Source of the DNA: an uncultured Clostridia bacterium
GTDB taxonomy: Bacteria; Bacillota; Clostridia; Oscillospirales; Ruminococcaceae
Length of the DNA: 64,000 nucleotides
Reading direction: 5' to 3'
Assembly: GCA_947383835.1 (NCBI GenBank)
Contig: CANDEV010000004.1
Coordinates: forward strand, 126,506 to 190,505
A program made the position numbers and the translations under genes. The notes beneath the pieces were generated by a model, which was given only the letters and a program-made list of their open reading frames with translations, was not told where the DNA came from and did not search any database. Below are positions 27,101 through 37,197 of this stretch, piece by piece. How positions within the stretch are numbered: position 1 is the first letter of the stretch; each line of letters opens with the position of its first letter.

Positions 27101-28468
27101 TTATTTGGAATTTTCCGCAGAAGTCCTCGTTAAATTGTGCACCCAGCGGTATTTTTTATAGTGCATATAAACTGCTGGGAGTTTTACTATTTCGTCAATG
27201 TTTATAATAATATACACGGTTTCGACGGGTAATTTAAGTAAAAACGCTGAAATTAATCCAATGGGGACGGTCACACACCACATTGTAATAGTATCGCAGA
27301 CAAGTCCGAACTTCGAGTCCCCACCAGAGGGGAAAATTCCGGAAATGACCGTCATATTCACGGACTTTCCCACGACATAGTAGGAGCTTACCAAAAGCAT
27401 GGTTTTCAGGTAACCCTGTGCCGTGACGGAAAGACTGCCAAACATTGGTATAAATGGAATTATACACAGTACGATAATTCCCGAAGCAATACCGCTTAAA
27501 ATGGCGATTTTTGTAATTTTGCCGCCGTACTCCTTTGCCTTTTCAAGCTCTCCCATGCCGAGAAGTCTGCCTGTCATAACTCCGCTGGCGTTGGCAATGC
27601 CTGTGCAGAAGCAAATTATAAGATTTTTGGCAATATTTGCTATTGAGTTTGCTGCCGCAGCGTCGCTGCCCAAATGTCCCATTATTACCGAATACATGGT
27701 AAAACCGCCGCCCCAGCCGATCTCTCCGCCTAAAATGGGTGCGGTGTACTTCCAAAAATCCCCTTGCAGCGTTTTATCGCAGTAAAAAATATTGTTCAGC
27801 TTAATCTTTACACTGCCAGAACGTACCATTACGCAGAGCGTCCATACAAGTTCAATGACCTTTGAAATGACGGTGGCAAGAGCCGCACCGCGAATTTCCA
27901 TTTTAGGGAAAAGTCCCACGCCGAAAATAAGCATTGCATTGAGAATGATGTTCACAACCACAGAAGTTGAGCTTATTACAGCGCATTTTAACGCCTGTCC
28001 GCAGTTTTTCATTATGCAAAGGTAAATTTGCGATATGCTCAATAACAGGTAAGAAATTCCAACTGTCCGCAAATATTCAGCGCCGCCCTCAATGAGGACT
28101 TGCTCCGAAGCAAACGCTTTCATCAGAACCTGCGGAAAGAAAATTGCTCCCACCGTGAAAGGCAGAGACAGGAGTACCGAAACCTTCAGCCCTATGCCGA
28201 GGATCTTTTCAATGGACTCCGTGTCGCCGATGCCCCAGTACTGCGCCGAAAAAATGGAAACCCCTGCCATTGCTGAAAATAAAAACAGAGAGTACACAAA
28301 CTGCACCTGCCCCGCCAGCGAAACGGCGGAAAGCGCGTCCTGACTTATAAATCCAAGCATCAGCGCGTCTGAAACTCCGACAAGAGCCGTCATGAGCTGC
28401 TGGAACGCCATTGGAATTGCCAATGATTTCAATTTTCTGTAAAATTCTTTCTTTTCAATTGTATCCAT
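27101..28468 (-). CDS. MATE family efflux transporter
   Basis: 455 aa, about 12 TM segments, typical MATE N-terminus (KSLAIPMAFQQLMTALVGVSDALMLG). Confidence 0.88.
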   Translation of the reverse strand: MDTIEKKEFYRKLKSLAIPMAFQQLMTALVGVSDALMLGFISQDALSAVSLAGQVQFVYSLFLFSAMAGVSIFSAQYWGIGDTESIEKILGIGLKVSVLLSLPFTVGAIFFPQVLMKAFASEQVLIEGGAEYLRTVGISYLLLSISQIYLCIMKNCGQALKCAVISSTSVVVNIILNAMLIFGVGLFPKMEIRGAALATVISKVIELVWTLCVMVRSGSVKIKLNNIFYCDKTLQGDFWKYTAPILGGEIGWGGGFTMYSVIMGHLGSDAAAANSIANIAKNLIICFCTGIANASGVMTGRLLGMGELEKAKEYGGKITKIAILSGIASGIIVLCIIPFIPMFGSLSVTAQGYLKTMLLVSSYYVVGKSVNMTVISGIFPSGGDSKFGLVCDTITMWCVTVPIGLISAFLLKLPVETVYIIINIDEIVKLPAVYMHYKKYRWVHNLTRTSAENSK

Positions 28469-28548
28469 AATTTATCTCCGTAAAAAAATTTGCAACGTTA
28501 TTGATTGTACCACTATAAAATGACAAAATTATGGATATATACTTAATT

Positions 28549-29805
28549 TTATTGCATTATTATTTCATGTATTTTATCGGTAATTCCAGCCACATCTTGG
28601 AAGAACTTTACATCAAGATTTTCTCCCGTGTTCCGCACATATGCGGTCAGTATGTAATCTGTGTCTCCGCTGACTATGGCGCAGTCTCCCAAGGTGTAAA
28701 AATCCTCCTGGGGCAGGTAGCCATACTTTTCATGCACCGTTTTGTCCGTCAAGACCGCCGAAAACATATCGCGGTACTCGGCATTTGCCATACATTCAAG
28801 CATGAAATCACCATTTACGTGCTGTTTAGAAAATGCATAAATATCCTTAAAGTATATTGCAGATTCTCTCGCTGTCAGCCTGAACCAGTAATTTTCGTCC
28901 GTCATTCTTTGGGGCAAGCCCAAACCTGCCGCATATTGGTTAAATTTTTGATAGCCTATATAATTGTACAGCATTTTGTATGCCGTGTTGTCACTTTTTA
29001 CCAAAGCAGCTCGAATAAGCTCCTCCGCCGTAAAAAATGTTCCAACGGGCTTGCCGTTCACAAACTCATATTGTGAGTTCAACATTTCCTCCGTCATTTC
29101 GTACTCGGCAGTCAGGTCAATCGAGGAATCGAGTATACTCCTCGCATAAACAGCCTTTATGATACTTCCGGAGGAAAACTTTTCATCAGCGTTGTACTCC
29201 AGACTGCCGCCTGTGTGCGGGTTGTAGTACAAAAATCCCGCGTCCGCACCGTGCCGCCGCAAAACAGCGTACAGCTCGTCAGCAAGCTCTTTTGCACTTT
29301 CGGGTACTTCCATTCCAACCGCAGTAAGCTCCAGCTCCGCGTCGGGGTAACTGTGTTCAAAAGCCGCCTCGGGGTTTTCTATCGATCCGTCCACCCGCTG
29401 AATTTCCTCGGGGATTTCCTCCTCCGTTTCGGCATGTATATCCTCCGTAACAGTGACCTCGGAAACCGTTGTCTCAACAGGCTTTGCGCCTTTGCTGACG
29501 GTAACCTTTACATTTGAGCCTCCAACCAAATACTCTGATCCCGCGTCGGGATATTGTGACAAAATCGCCCCCTCAAGAAATTGGTCGGAATACTCCTCTC
29601 CCGTTACTTCAAGGTCAAACTGTTCATTATAGTAATCTTTGACCTCAAAAAAGCTGTACCCAACAATATTAGGCATAATGCCGACTTCAAATTCGCGTTG
29701 GCGTGAAGCTGGAAAAAAGAAAATTTTTACGGTAATTCCCGCGATTATAGCAAGTGAAACAATTATAATTATAATGCTGATGATTTTTTCCCGTCTGTAG
29801 TTCAT
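28549..29805 (-). CDS. Membrane-anchored PASTA-domain protein fused to a class A beta-lactamase-like serine hydrolase domain
   Basis: N-terminal TM segment. PASTA-like PNIVGYSFFEVKDYY...GSNVKVTVSKG. SxxK (SIIK) and SDN (KSDNTAY). Start at the ATG at 29805, preceded by GGGGGA. Confidence 0.75.
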   Translation of the reverse strand: MNYRREKIISIIIIIVSLAIIAGITVKIFFFPASRQREFEVGIMPNIVGYSFFEVKDYYNEQFDLEVTGEEYSDQFLEGAILSQYPDAGSEYLVGGSNVKVTVSKGAKPVETTVSEVTVTEDIHAETEEEIPEEIQRVDGSIENPEAAFEHSYPDAELELTAVGMEVPESAKELADELYAVLRRHGADAGFLYYNPHTGGSLEYNADEKFSSGSIIKAVYARSILDSSIDLTAEYEMTEEMLNSQYEFVNGKPVGTFFTAEELIRAALVKSDNTAYKMLYNYIGYQKFNQYAAGLGLPQRMTDENYWFRLTARESAIYFKDIYAFSKQHVNGDFMLECMANAEYRDMFSAVLTDKTVHEKYGYLPQEDFYTLGDCAIVSGDTDYILTAYVRNTGENLDVKFFQDVAGITDKIHEIIMQ

Positions 29806-29899
29806 AAAATTCCCCCAATCAGTAACTTTTGTTAGCAAATAATACACAAAAATTCAGCAATTAATATACAAATATTTATCAAACCGTCTGCAAATAAGC

Positions 29900-32800
29900 T
29901 TACTCAATAGCCTTTAAGGACGTCGCCATATCGATCTTTTTCAGCCTGAAATACAGTGTAAGATTTACCAAAAGCGAGAAGAATACGCTCATTGCCGCCG
30001 CCGCAAGGAAACAGTAGGCGGGGATTCCGGGAGCAAACATTACCGCGTCCACCTCGGCGGTCTTTACTACAAATTTTTCAAGGAAAATTCCCATGACCAA
30101 CCCCGCAGCCGTACCCATGATCGTTGAAACAATATTCTCACGGTAAATGTACGCCGCAACCTCGCCGTCGTAAAATCCAAGCACCTTTATTGTGGCAAGC
30201 TCGCGTATACGCTCGTTCACGTTGATGTTGGAAAGATTGAACAGCACCACAAACGCCAGCGCCCCTGCACAAACAATTATTGCAGCAACTATCAGAGCAA
30301 GGCTGTCCACAAGGTCGCGGAACTTGTCGCCGCCCCCCGCGGAATAGCTTATTCCAAGCACCGCGTCATTCTCCAAAAGCATTTCCGACAGCTTGTCGCT
30401 TGCTGAAATATCCTCCATATTCATCAGCAGGATATTGTTTTTCAATTCTCCAAGTCCCGTTTTTTCGTAAGTCTCAGGCTTCATGTACGCATAGTTGAAT
30501 GTATAATTTTCACAAATCCCGTCCACGCGGATAGGCTTGTTTTCTGCGAAAAATATCTCGTCTCCCGCCGTTACTTCAAGGAATTTCGCAAGCTTTTCGC
30601 CCAGTACAACTCCGTCTCTAAGCTCAATGGGAGTCTTTCCCTTTCGCGTGTGCATATCAATAAACCTACCGAATTCATCAGGTTCATCGGGTACCATTAT
30701 ATATGCTTCGTATTTTTCACCGTTTGAGGAATTGCTCCAAACGTCCTCCGTGCCTTGCATTGCAAGCATTTTTTCGGTAACTGTGCCTGAATTTTCGCAC
30801 TCCGCAAGTACTGCGTGGAATTCGTCCGCCGATTCATCGTCCAAAGCAGCAAGCGCGTCATATTTGAAAATATCTCCGTACTGCCTGTCAACTATGGCGG
30901 AAATGGATTCTTTAAGTCCGAAGCCTGTCAGCAGCAAAGCCGTGCAGCCCGCAATTCCTATAACCGTCATCAGCAGCCGTGCCTTATATCTGAAAAGATT
31001 TCGGAAAGTAACCTTCGTGGTAAACTTCAAACGCTTCCATATAAAAGTAATTCTTTCCAGCAATATCCGCTTGCCGTCCTTGGGAGGCTTGGGGCGCATT
31101 AGTTGAGCGGGGCATGAGACCAATTCCTGCCTGCTTGCGTAAAGAGCCGATAAGCCCGTGCAGAGGCAAGCAGCCGTAATGCAGCCCACAGCATAATCCC
31201 ACTTAAAATCTGCAATAAGATATGGTTGACTGTACATACTCTGATAGCATACGAAAATAACTCTCGGCAGCGTGTTGAAGCCTACCAGCAGTCCTGCAAA
31301 CCCTCCCGGTATGCTTGCAGCAAGGGAGTATAAAATGTACTGTGAAATAATGGTAAATCTGCTGTAACCAAGAGCTTTCAGAGTTCCGATCTGAGTACGC
31401 TGTTCCTCAACCATGCGGGTCATTGTGGTGCAGCAAACCAACGCCGCCACCAAAATAAAGAATATAGGGAACACCGCCGCGATAGCGTCCACGCGCTCGC
31501 AGTCCTCCGCATAATTAGAATAGTATGGATTGTAATCTCGGTCAAAAACATACCATTTTGAGTCGGCAACCGCGTCCTGCGCTTCCTGCTCCGCATCGGC
31601 GATTTCCTTTTTTGCGTCCTCGATTTCAGCTTTTGCATCTGCAATTTCTTTTTTGCCGTCCTCAATTTCGGTTTTTCCGTCGGCAATTTCTCTTTTTGCC
31701 TTTTCGATTTCTTCTTTTCCCTCGGCAACCTCCGCGCGTGCGTTTTCAAGCTCCTCAGCCGCATTGTCAAGCTGTATTCTCGATTGTGCAAGAGCTGTTT
31801 CCGTTTCACGAACCTGCGCCGAAAGTCCTGCCGAATATTGCTCCAAACCCTGTCTGCAAGCGGCTTTCGTGCCGTCGTCATACGCCGCGGGTATGGACAT
31901 ATATCCTGTTATAAGCTGCCGCAAATTATCGTCCACAGCCATAAAATCATTGTCGGGGTAACGGGCAATTCTTTCGGAAATTTCAGTCTCGTCTGCCGCG
32001 GCATTAGTCTCATAATCTGTAAGAATATCATTTATCCAGTTAATTGCAGCGTTAAGCGAATTTACCGCGCTTTCGCCGTTGCGGTACTCAATTTCTCCGT
32101 CCGTAAGCTCTTCCTGACCGTCCGCAATTTCCTGTTCCGCATCGGCAAGTTTCTGTTCGTTTTCTGCAATTTCCGTCTCACCGTCCGCAATTTCCTTTTC
32201 GGCGTCGGAAATTTTCTGCTCGTTTTCAGCGATTTCCGCTTCGCCGTCAGCGACATCTTGCTTTGCTTCATTTATTTCTTCGTAAGCTTCATCAAGAATA
32301 ACGCTTTTTCGGTGCTCTATCTGTATGTCCCCAAGCTCTTCGAGACGGTTAATATTGCTGTCAATAATTTCCTCATATTTTTCGGAAAAGGGATCGAATC
32401 CCGCCGTTTCGGTGAGCTTCACATAAATATCGGTATATACGTCAAGTGCAAAGTTTTCCTCGGGAATAAGCAGCCAGCCGTTTATAACGCCGTTGCCGAA
32501 GCCCGCGCTGCCCCTGTCGTGAGCAACGTAAACAGGAAGTCGAGCCTTTCCCACAATAGTATATTCAGCGCGTGAAAGGTAATCGCCAATATCATTTTCT
32601 CCGTTTGCCGCCAGCAGGATCTTTTCTCCTATCTGCGGAGTTTTCGCCGTGTAGAAACGGTCGTCCACTACGATCTCGTCCGCTTTTTCGGGCAGCCGTC
32701 CCTCCATAATGTAAGGCATATTTATACCGCTGTCTGCGCTGTAGGAGTACGTCTTTACAATTTTCCCGTTATTGTCGCCGCCCGAAATTATTAGGTCGGC

Positions 32801-33070
32801 GGAGTACCCCGCGTAAATTTCCTCCGCATCGCAAGCGTCGGAGACAGCTGTCACGTCCTCATCGTCAAAGCCTAACGAGGACATCATATGCACGTCCGCC
32901 AAGCCTTGTTTTTGGAAATAGTCCGCCGCGCTATGCTTCATGTCGGGACCTGCCGACTTTACACCCGCGAAAAATCCGCAGCCGATAGCAATAATTGCCA
33001 TAATTGCAAAAAATCGGCTTTTGGTGTTTTTAACGCTTCTTAAAGTATTTAGAATCAATTTTTTATTCAT
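29900..33070 (-). CDS. FtsX/MacB-type ABC permease (two FtsX modules) with a very large extracytoplasmic coiled-coil insertion
   Basis: 1056 aa. TM clusters at the N-terminus, in the middle and at the C-terminus. Two runs of EIADGxxEIxxxxxxI repeats. Confidence 0.85.
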   Translation of the reverse strand: MNKKLILNTLRSVKNTKSRFFAIMAIIAIGCGFFAGVKSAGPDMKHSAADYFQKQGLADVHMMSSLGFDDEDVTAVSDACDAEEIYAGYSADLIISGGDNNGKIVKTYSYSADSGINMPYIMEGRLPEKADEIVVDDRFYTAKTPQIGEKILLAANGENDIGDYLSRAEYTIVGKARLPVYVAHDRGSAGFGNGVINGWLLIPEENFALDVYTDIYVKLTETAGFDPFSEKYEEIIDSNINRLEELGDIQIEHRKSVILDEAYEEINEAKQDVADGEAEIAENEQKISDAEKEIADGETEIAENEQKLADAEQEIADGQEELTDGEIEYRNGESAVNSLNAAINWINDILTDYETNAAADETEISERIARYPDNDFMAVDDNLRQLITGYMSIPAAYDDGTKAACRQGLEQYSAGLSAQVRETETALAQSRIQLDNAAEELENARAEVAEGKEEIEKAKREIADGKTEIEDGKKEIADAKAEIEDAKKEIADAEQEAQDAVADSKWYVFDRDYNPYYSNYAEDCERVDAIAAVFPIFFILVAALVCCTTMTRMVEEQRTQIGTLKALGYSRFTIISQYILYSLAASIPGGFAGLLVGFNTLPRVIFVCYQSMYSQPYLIADFKWDYAVGCITAACLCTGLSALYASRQELVSCPAQLMRPKPPKDGKRILLERITFIWKRLKFTTKVTFRNLFRYKARLLMTVIGIAGCTALLLTGFGLKESISAIVDRQYGDIFKYDALAALDDESADEFHAVLAECENSGTVTEKMLAMQGTEDVWSNSSNGEKYEAYIMVPDEPDEFGRFIDMHTRKGKTPIELRDGVVLGEKLAKFLEVTAGDEIFFAENKPIRVDGICENYTFNYAYMKPETYEKTGLGELKNNILLMNMEDISASDKLSEMLLENDAVLGISYSAGGGDKFRDLVDSLALIVAAIIVCAGALAFVVLFNLSNINVNERIRELATIKVLGFYDGEVAAYIYRENIVSTIMGTAAGLVMGIFLEKFVVKTAEVDAVMFAPGIPAYCFLAAAAMSVFFSLLVNLTLYFRLKKIDMATSLKAIE

Positions 33071-33094
33071 AACTTCACCTTTTTATGTAAAAAA

Positions 33095-33796
33095 TCACCA
33101 TTCTATAGTTTCTACAGCCACGGGGTTTTCGTTCAGCGTTACCCGAGAGACCTTGCTGTTTTTGATTTTTATAACGCGGTCAGCCATGGGCGCGATAGCC
33201 TGATTGTGAGTAATAACCACAACCGTCATGCCCTTTTCGCGGCAGGTATCCTGTAAAAGTTTGAGAATATTTTTTCCCGTAGCGTAATCAAGCGCGCCTG
33301 TCGGTTCGTCGCACAAAAGCAATTTGGGGGACTTTGCCAACGCCCTTGCAATGGAAACACGCTGCTGTTCGCCTCCCGAAAGCTGGGCGGGAAAATTGTT
33401 GATACGCTCTCCAAGTCCCACCTGCCGCAGAACTTCCTCCGCGTCCATAGCGTCGGAGCATATTTCTGTGGCAAGCTCCACATTTTCCTTTGCGGTAAGG
33501 TTCTGCACCAAATTATAAAATTGGAAAACAAATCCAATATCCTGCCGTCTGTAACGGGTCATTTCCTTTTTTGAAAATGCCGCAATATTTTTTCCGTCCA
33601 CAATAATTTTGCCCTCATCGCAGGTGTCCATACCGCCGAGCATATTCAGTACCGTTGTTTTGCCCGCTCCCGACGCGCCTACAATAACGGCAAATTCTCC
33701 CTTTTCTATTTCAAAATTCACCCCGTCAGAGGCGGAAATGGTAACCTCACCCATTTTATAGCGTTTGTAAACGTCCTTAAATTCAACATAGCTCAT
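33095..33796 (-). CDS. ABC transporter ATP-binding protein (MacB/LolD-like)
   Basis: [36 protein letters not shown]. Confidence 0.93.
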   Translation of the reverse strand: MSYVEFKDVYKRYKMGEVTISASDGVNFEIEKGEFAVIVGASGAGKTTVLNMLGGMDTCDEGKIIVDGKNIAAFSKKEMTRYRRQDIGFVFQFYNLVQNLTAKENVELATEICSDAMDAEEVLRQVGLGERINNFPAQLSGGEQQRVSIARALAKSPKLLLCDEPTGALDYATGKNILKLLQDTCREKGMTVVVITHNQAIAPMADRVIKIKNSKVSRVTLNENPVAVETIEW

Positions 33797-33978
33797 TGCG
33801 GAAATCTCCTTGCAAAAAATTAATTATAACAATTATAACATATTTTCAGCAAAAATGGTATACTTTTTTTGTGATAATATGATGAAAAAATACAGCTGAT
33901 AGTAACCAAATTTGGCGTAATTTTATAATTTGTGAATTACTGGATGTAGTTAATAATTTATTTACAGAAAATATGTAG

Positions 33979-33997
33979 TTTTTTTTTTTTTTTTTTT
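33979..33997. repeat. Homopolymer T19
   Basis: Counted directly (2+10+7). About 175 nt upstream of the LRR lipoprotein ATG. Confidence 0.95.
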
Positions 33998-34173
33998 ATG
34001 GTAAAATAAATAAGGTGTGTTTGTCAGAGTACGCCGAAAAAAAAAGTTGGTTTGTCATACAAATTTGTATACCACAGGACTTTTTTTATGTGGTATAATG
34101 GCTTTGTTATGATTTCCGACAAATTTTAGGAGATCACTTATTATGCAAAAAAGTTAAGAAAGGAAAATGAAAC

Positions 34174-35295
34174 ATGAAAAAATTAACAGCATTAACAATT
34201 GCGCTGACAATGCTATTGTCATTTGCGGCGTGCAGCTCGGAGGAAAGCGGTACTGCCGAGGCTGACGTTACTACCTCAAAAACCGAAACGGTAAAGGACG
34301 AGACAGAAAAGGCGGAAGAAACCACCGTCCCCGAGGAGACAACAACAGAAGAAACCACCACTACAGAGGAAGTTACAGAGCCTGCCGAACCCGAATATGA
34401 AATTCCCGATTGGGACTCAATCGACTACGCGGACGAGCTTGACTTTATGACGGAAGATGTTGACGGCGGCGTTGCAATCACAGAATATCTCGGAACAAAT
34501 CCTATTGTTAAAATTCCCGAAACTATTGGCGGAAAAAAGGTTGTTAAACTTAGCTATATAGCGCCAAGCAGTAAAACCGATTGGTATACATTTTCTCTGT
34601 TTTATAAAACGAAAATAACTGATGTGAGACTTCCAAGCGGCGTGACTAAAGTTGATAAGTGTGCTTTTTACCAATGCTCAGAACTTAAAAGCGTATTTAT
34701 TCCAAATAGTGTAACGGTTATTTGTGACGATGCTTTCGATGGGTGCTCAAATCTTGAAAGTGTAAATATTCCTGATAGCGTAACTAAAATCGGTGCATAC
34801 GCTTTTTATTACTGCTCCAGCCTTAAAAATATAGATATTCCCGAAAAGGTTACAAATATAGGCTGGAATGCTTTCTTTGGTTGTTCAAGCATTACAGAGT
34901 TGATTTACCCACAAAATGTTACTTTGGATAATGGCGATTATGAATGGTCAAAAAATTATATTCCGATTTTTTTGGGTGGATGCTCGAGTTTAAAGAGCAT
35001 AGATATTCCAAATTGTGTTACCTATATTGGACGCGATGAGAATACGGGCGGTATTTACAGTTTTGGTTACTGCAAAAACCTTGAAAGTGTTACTATTCCA
35101 AATACTGTTACCGAAATTGGATCCAGTGCTTTTTATAACTGTACCAGTCTTAAAAGCATAACCATACCCGACAGTGTTGTTAAAATTGATGAAAAAGCCT
35201 TTGACGGTTGTTCCGAAGACCTCGAAGTCTCATATGGAGGTACAACTTACAAATATAACCAACTGCCTCATTTGTACAGCAAGATTAACGGTTAA
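34174..35295 (+). CDS. BspA-type leucine-rich-repeat surface lipoprotein
   Basis: Lipobox SFAAC, T/E-rich linker, and repeated IPxSVTxIGxxAFxxCSSL units (LRR_5-like). Confidence 0.85.
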   Translation: MKKLTALTIALTMLLSFAACSSEESGTAEADVTTSKTETVKDETEKAEETTVPEETTTEETTTTEEVTEPAEPEYEIPDWDSIDYADELDFMTEDVDGGVAITEYLGTNPIVKIPETIGGKKVVKLSYIAPSSKTDWYTFSLFYKTKITDVRLPSGVTKVDKCAFYQCSELKSVFIPNSVTVICDDAFDGCSNLESVNIPDSVTKIGAYAFYYCSSLKNIDIPEKVTNIGWNAFFGCSSITELIYPQNVTLDNGDYEWSKNYIPIFLGGCSSLKSIDIPNCVTYIGRDENTGGIYSFGYCKNLESVTIPNTVTEIGSSAFYNCTSLKSITIPDSVVKIDEKAFDGCSEDLEVSYGGTTYKYNQLPHLYSKING

Positions 35296-35331
35296 ACAGT
35301 TTCTTAAATATCTTCTTTTATAACATTTGCG

Positions 35332-35376
35332 GAAACAGCGGGAGCAAGAAAATTGCCCCGCTGTTTCTATTTTTTG
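35332..35376 (+). terminator. Rho-independent terminator
   Basis: GAAACAGCGGG-loop-CCCGCTGTTTC followed by TATTTTTT. Confidence 0.8.
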
Positions 35377-35534
35377 TCAGAAAAGCGGTGCGGAAAATAT
35401 ATAAAAAATTGCCGAAAAAATGCCGCCGCCCTTGTAAAAAATTTATAGGGGAAAATTAAAATAAAGCTTGAAAAACGGCGCAGTTTGTTGTATAATAATA
35501 TAGTATTTTAAAATTTTCTTTAAGAAGGTTTTTT

Positions 35535-36578
35535 ATGGCAAGTTATAATGAAAAGGCTTCCCCTGCGGACGTGGCTGCGATTTGGGCTATTGTGTTTCTG
35601 GCAGCCGTTCTTGCCGCGCTGGTGGGCGTGTATTTTTGGCGTAATCACAGCTTTGCGGACGTTTCCGCCGCAAACAACGAAACCTCGGAAATTAATATTA
35701 TCGGCACGGAAACGTCATATATTCCCCCCGAAACCGTTCCCGCGGAGACAACCTCGGCGAGCGTAACAACGACAGTTACCGAGTCCGCAACCGAAGTAAC
35801 CGCCGAGTCCGAAAAAGCCGAGACTGTTGCCGCTTCAAATGAGTACGACCCGGAATTTTTCGGCAGGGGACTTATTATCGGTGACTCGATCTCCGTTGGA
35901 TTGGTAAATTACGGATATTTGCAGCCCGAAAATGTTTTCGCGCAGATAGGTCTTACCCCTTCCTCGGTTCTGACCGCCGATATTGACGGGACAACCGTAT
36001 ATACAAAGGCTTCGGGTCTGAACCCCGATTATATATGTATAATGCTGGGAACAAACGGTCTTTCATATCTTTCCGAGGACTTTATGGCGGAAAAAATGGG
36101 CGAGTTTATAGACGGTCTGCGGCAGACCTGTCCAAATGCTGAAATTTTTCTTGTGTCTATCCCGCCTGTTACTGCGGAGCATGAAAGCGAAAAGCCTGAA
36201 AAAATTGAAAATATCACCAAATATAACGACCATATCTCAAAGCTTGCGGAGGAAAAATCCGTGACCTTTGTCGATACCTTTACTCTTTTGCAGGACAGCA
36301 GCGGCTACCTTGCGGAAGATTATGCCGAGCATGACGGTCTGCATTTGAAAGGCGCAGCATATCCTGTCTTATTGAGTGCAATTCAGACAGCGGTGGAAAG
36401 CGGCGGATATGTTCCAACAGCCGCGCCTGCTACAGTACCGACGGAAACAGCCGCGCCCGTTACAACTATCTCGGAAACCCTCCCTGCCGTTCCGGACGAA
36501 GCTCCCGCTCCCGAAACAGTTGAGGAAACGATCGTTCAAACCGCGTCTGCGGAAGACTTTTTGGAAATTATCCAATGA
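35535..36578 (+). CDS. SGNH/GDSL hydrolase-type esterase, membrane-anchored
   Basis: N-terminal TM segment, GDS block LIIGDSISVG, C-terminal DGLH block. Confidence 0.8.
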   Translation: MASYNEKASPADVAAIWAIVFLAAVLAALVGVYFWRNHSFADVSAANNETSEINIIGTETSYIPPETVPAETTSASVTTTVTESATEVTAESEKAETVAASNEYDPEFFGRGLIIGDSISVGLVNYGYLQPENVFAQIGLTPSSVLTADIDGTTVYTKASGLNPDYICIMLGTNGLSYLSEDFMAEKMGEFIDGLRQTCPNAEIFLVSIPPVTAEHESEKPEKIENITKYNDHISKLAEEKSVTFVDTFTLLQDSSGYLAEDYAEHDGLHLKGAAYPVLLSAIQTAVESGGYVPTAAPATVPTETAAPVTTISETLPAVPDEAPAPETVEETIVQTASAEDFLEIIQ

Positions 36579-36592
36579 AAGGAAAAAATAGT

Positions 36593-37120
36593 ATGAAAAA
36601 GTTAATATCTGTAATTTTATCGGCAATTCTCACAACGGCGTTGTTTACCGCCTGCAATAACGTTGACGATTCGGTTCCGGCGGACGCTACAGTCAACACC
36701 GACGATACCGTCCCAACAACAGGGGAAATACAGCAGAACGTATCCGCAGCCGACATAACTGCGGCGGTAACTGCGGAGATAGAAATTCCCTCCGCAGTAG
36801 AAAAAACTGCCGAAAACATAGGCGCGTTCTACGATATAGACACGTCCGCGCTGGAGGAAATGTCCGTATTCATCTGCGGCAGCGGCGCGTACCCCGACGA
36901 GCTTGCGGTGTTCAAATTTAAGGACGGTACTGAAGCAGCGGCGGGCGCAGAAGCCGTGCAGAAGCGTCTCGACAGCCAGATCGCTCTTTATACCGACTAT
37001 ACGCCGGACGAGGTGTACAAGCTTGACGATGCAAATCTTATTGAAAAGGATAATTGGGTAATTCTTACAATTTGCGCCGACAACAGCAGGGCAAAGGAGA
37101 TAATCAACGGATTGATTTAG
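36593..37120 (+). CDS. DUF4358-like lipoprotein
   Basis: Lipobox FTAC. FICGSGAYPDELAVFKFKDG resembles DUF4358. The family assignment is from memory only. Confidence 0.55.
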   Translation: MKKLISVILSAILTTALFTACNNVDDSVPADATVNTDDTVPTTGEIQQNVSAADITAAVTAEIEIPSAVEKTAENIGAFYDIDTSALEEMSVFICGSGAYPDELAVFKFKDGTEAAAGAEAVQKRLDSQIALYTDYTPDEVYKLDDANLIEKDNWVILTICADNSRAKEIINGLI

Positions 37121-37138
37121 TTATGAATAGAATAAAGT

Positions 37139-37175
37139 AATACCGCACGCGATTTTTGTGCGGTATTGCTTTAAT
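37139..37175 (+). terminator. Rho-independent terminator
   Basis: AATACCGCAC-loop-GTGCGGTATT followed by GCTTTAATTT. Confidence 0.65.
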
Positions 37176-37197
37176 TTAAATGGAAAGGATCGATCTT

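Noticed and set aside
28531-29076. 181-aa plus-strand ORF
   Set aside because: It is antisense to the PASTA/beta-lactamase-like gene and has no supporting signals.
31784-32575. 263-aa ORF on the plus strand (and other ORFs in 31400-32300)
   Set aside because: It is antisense to the coiled-coil repeat region of the FtsX permease. Low-complexity repeats keep several frames open.
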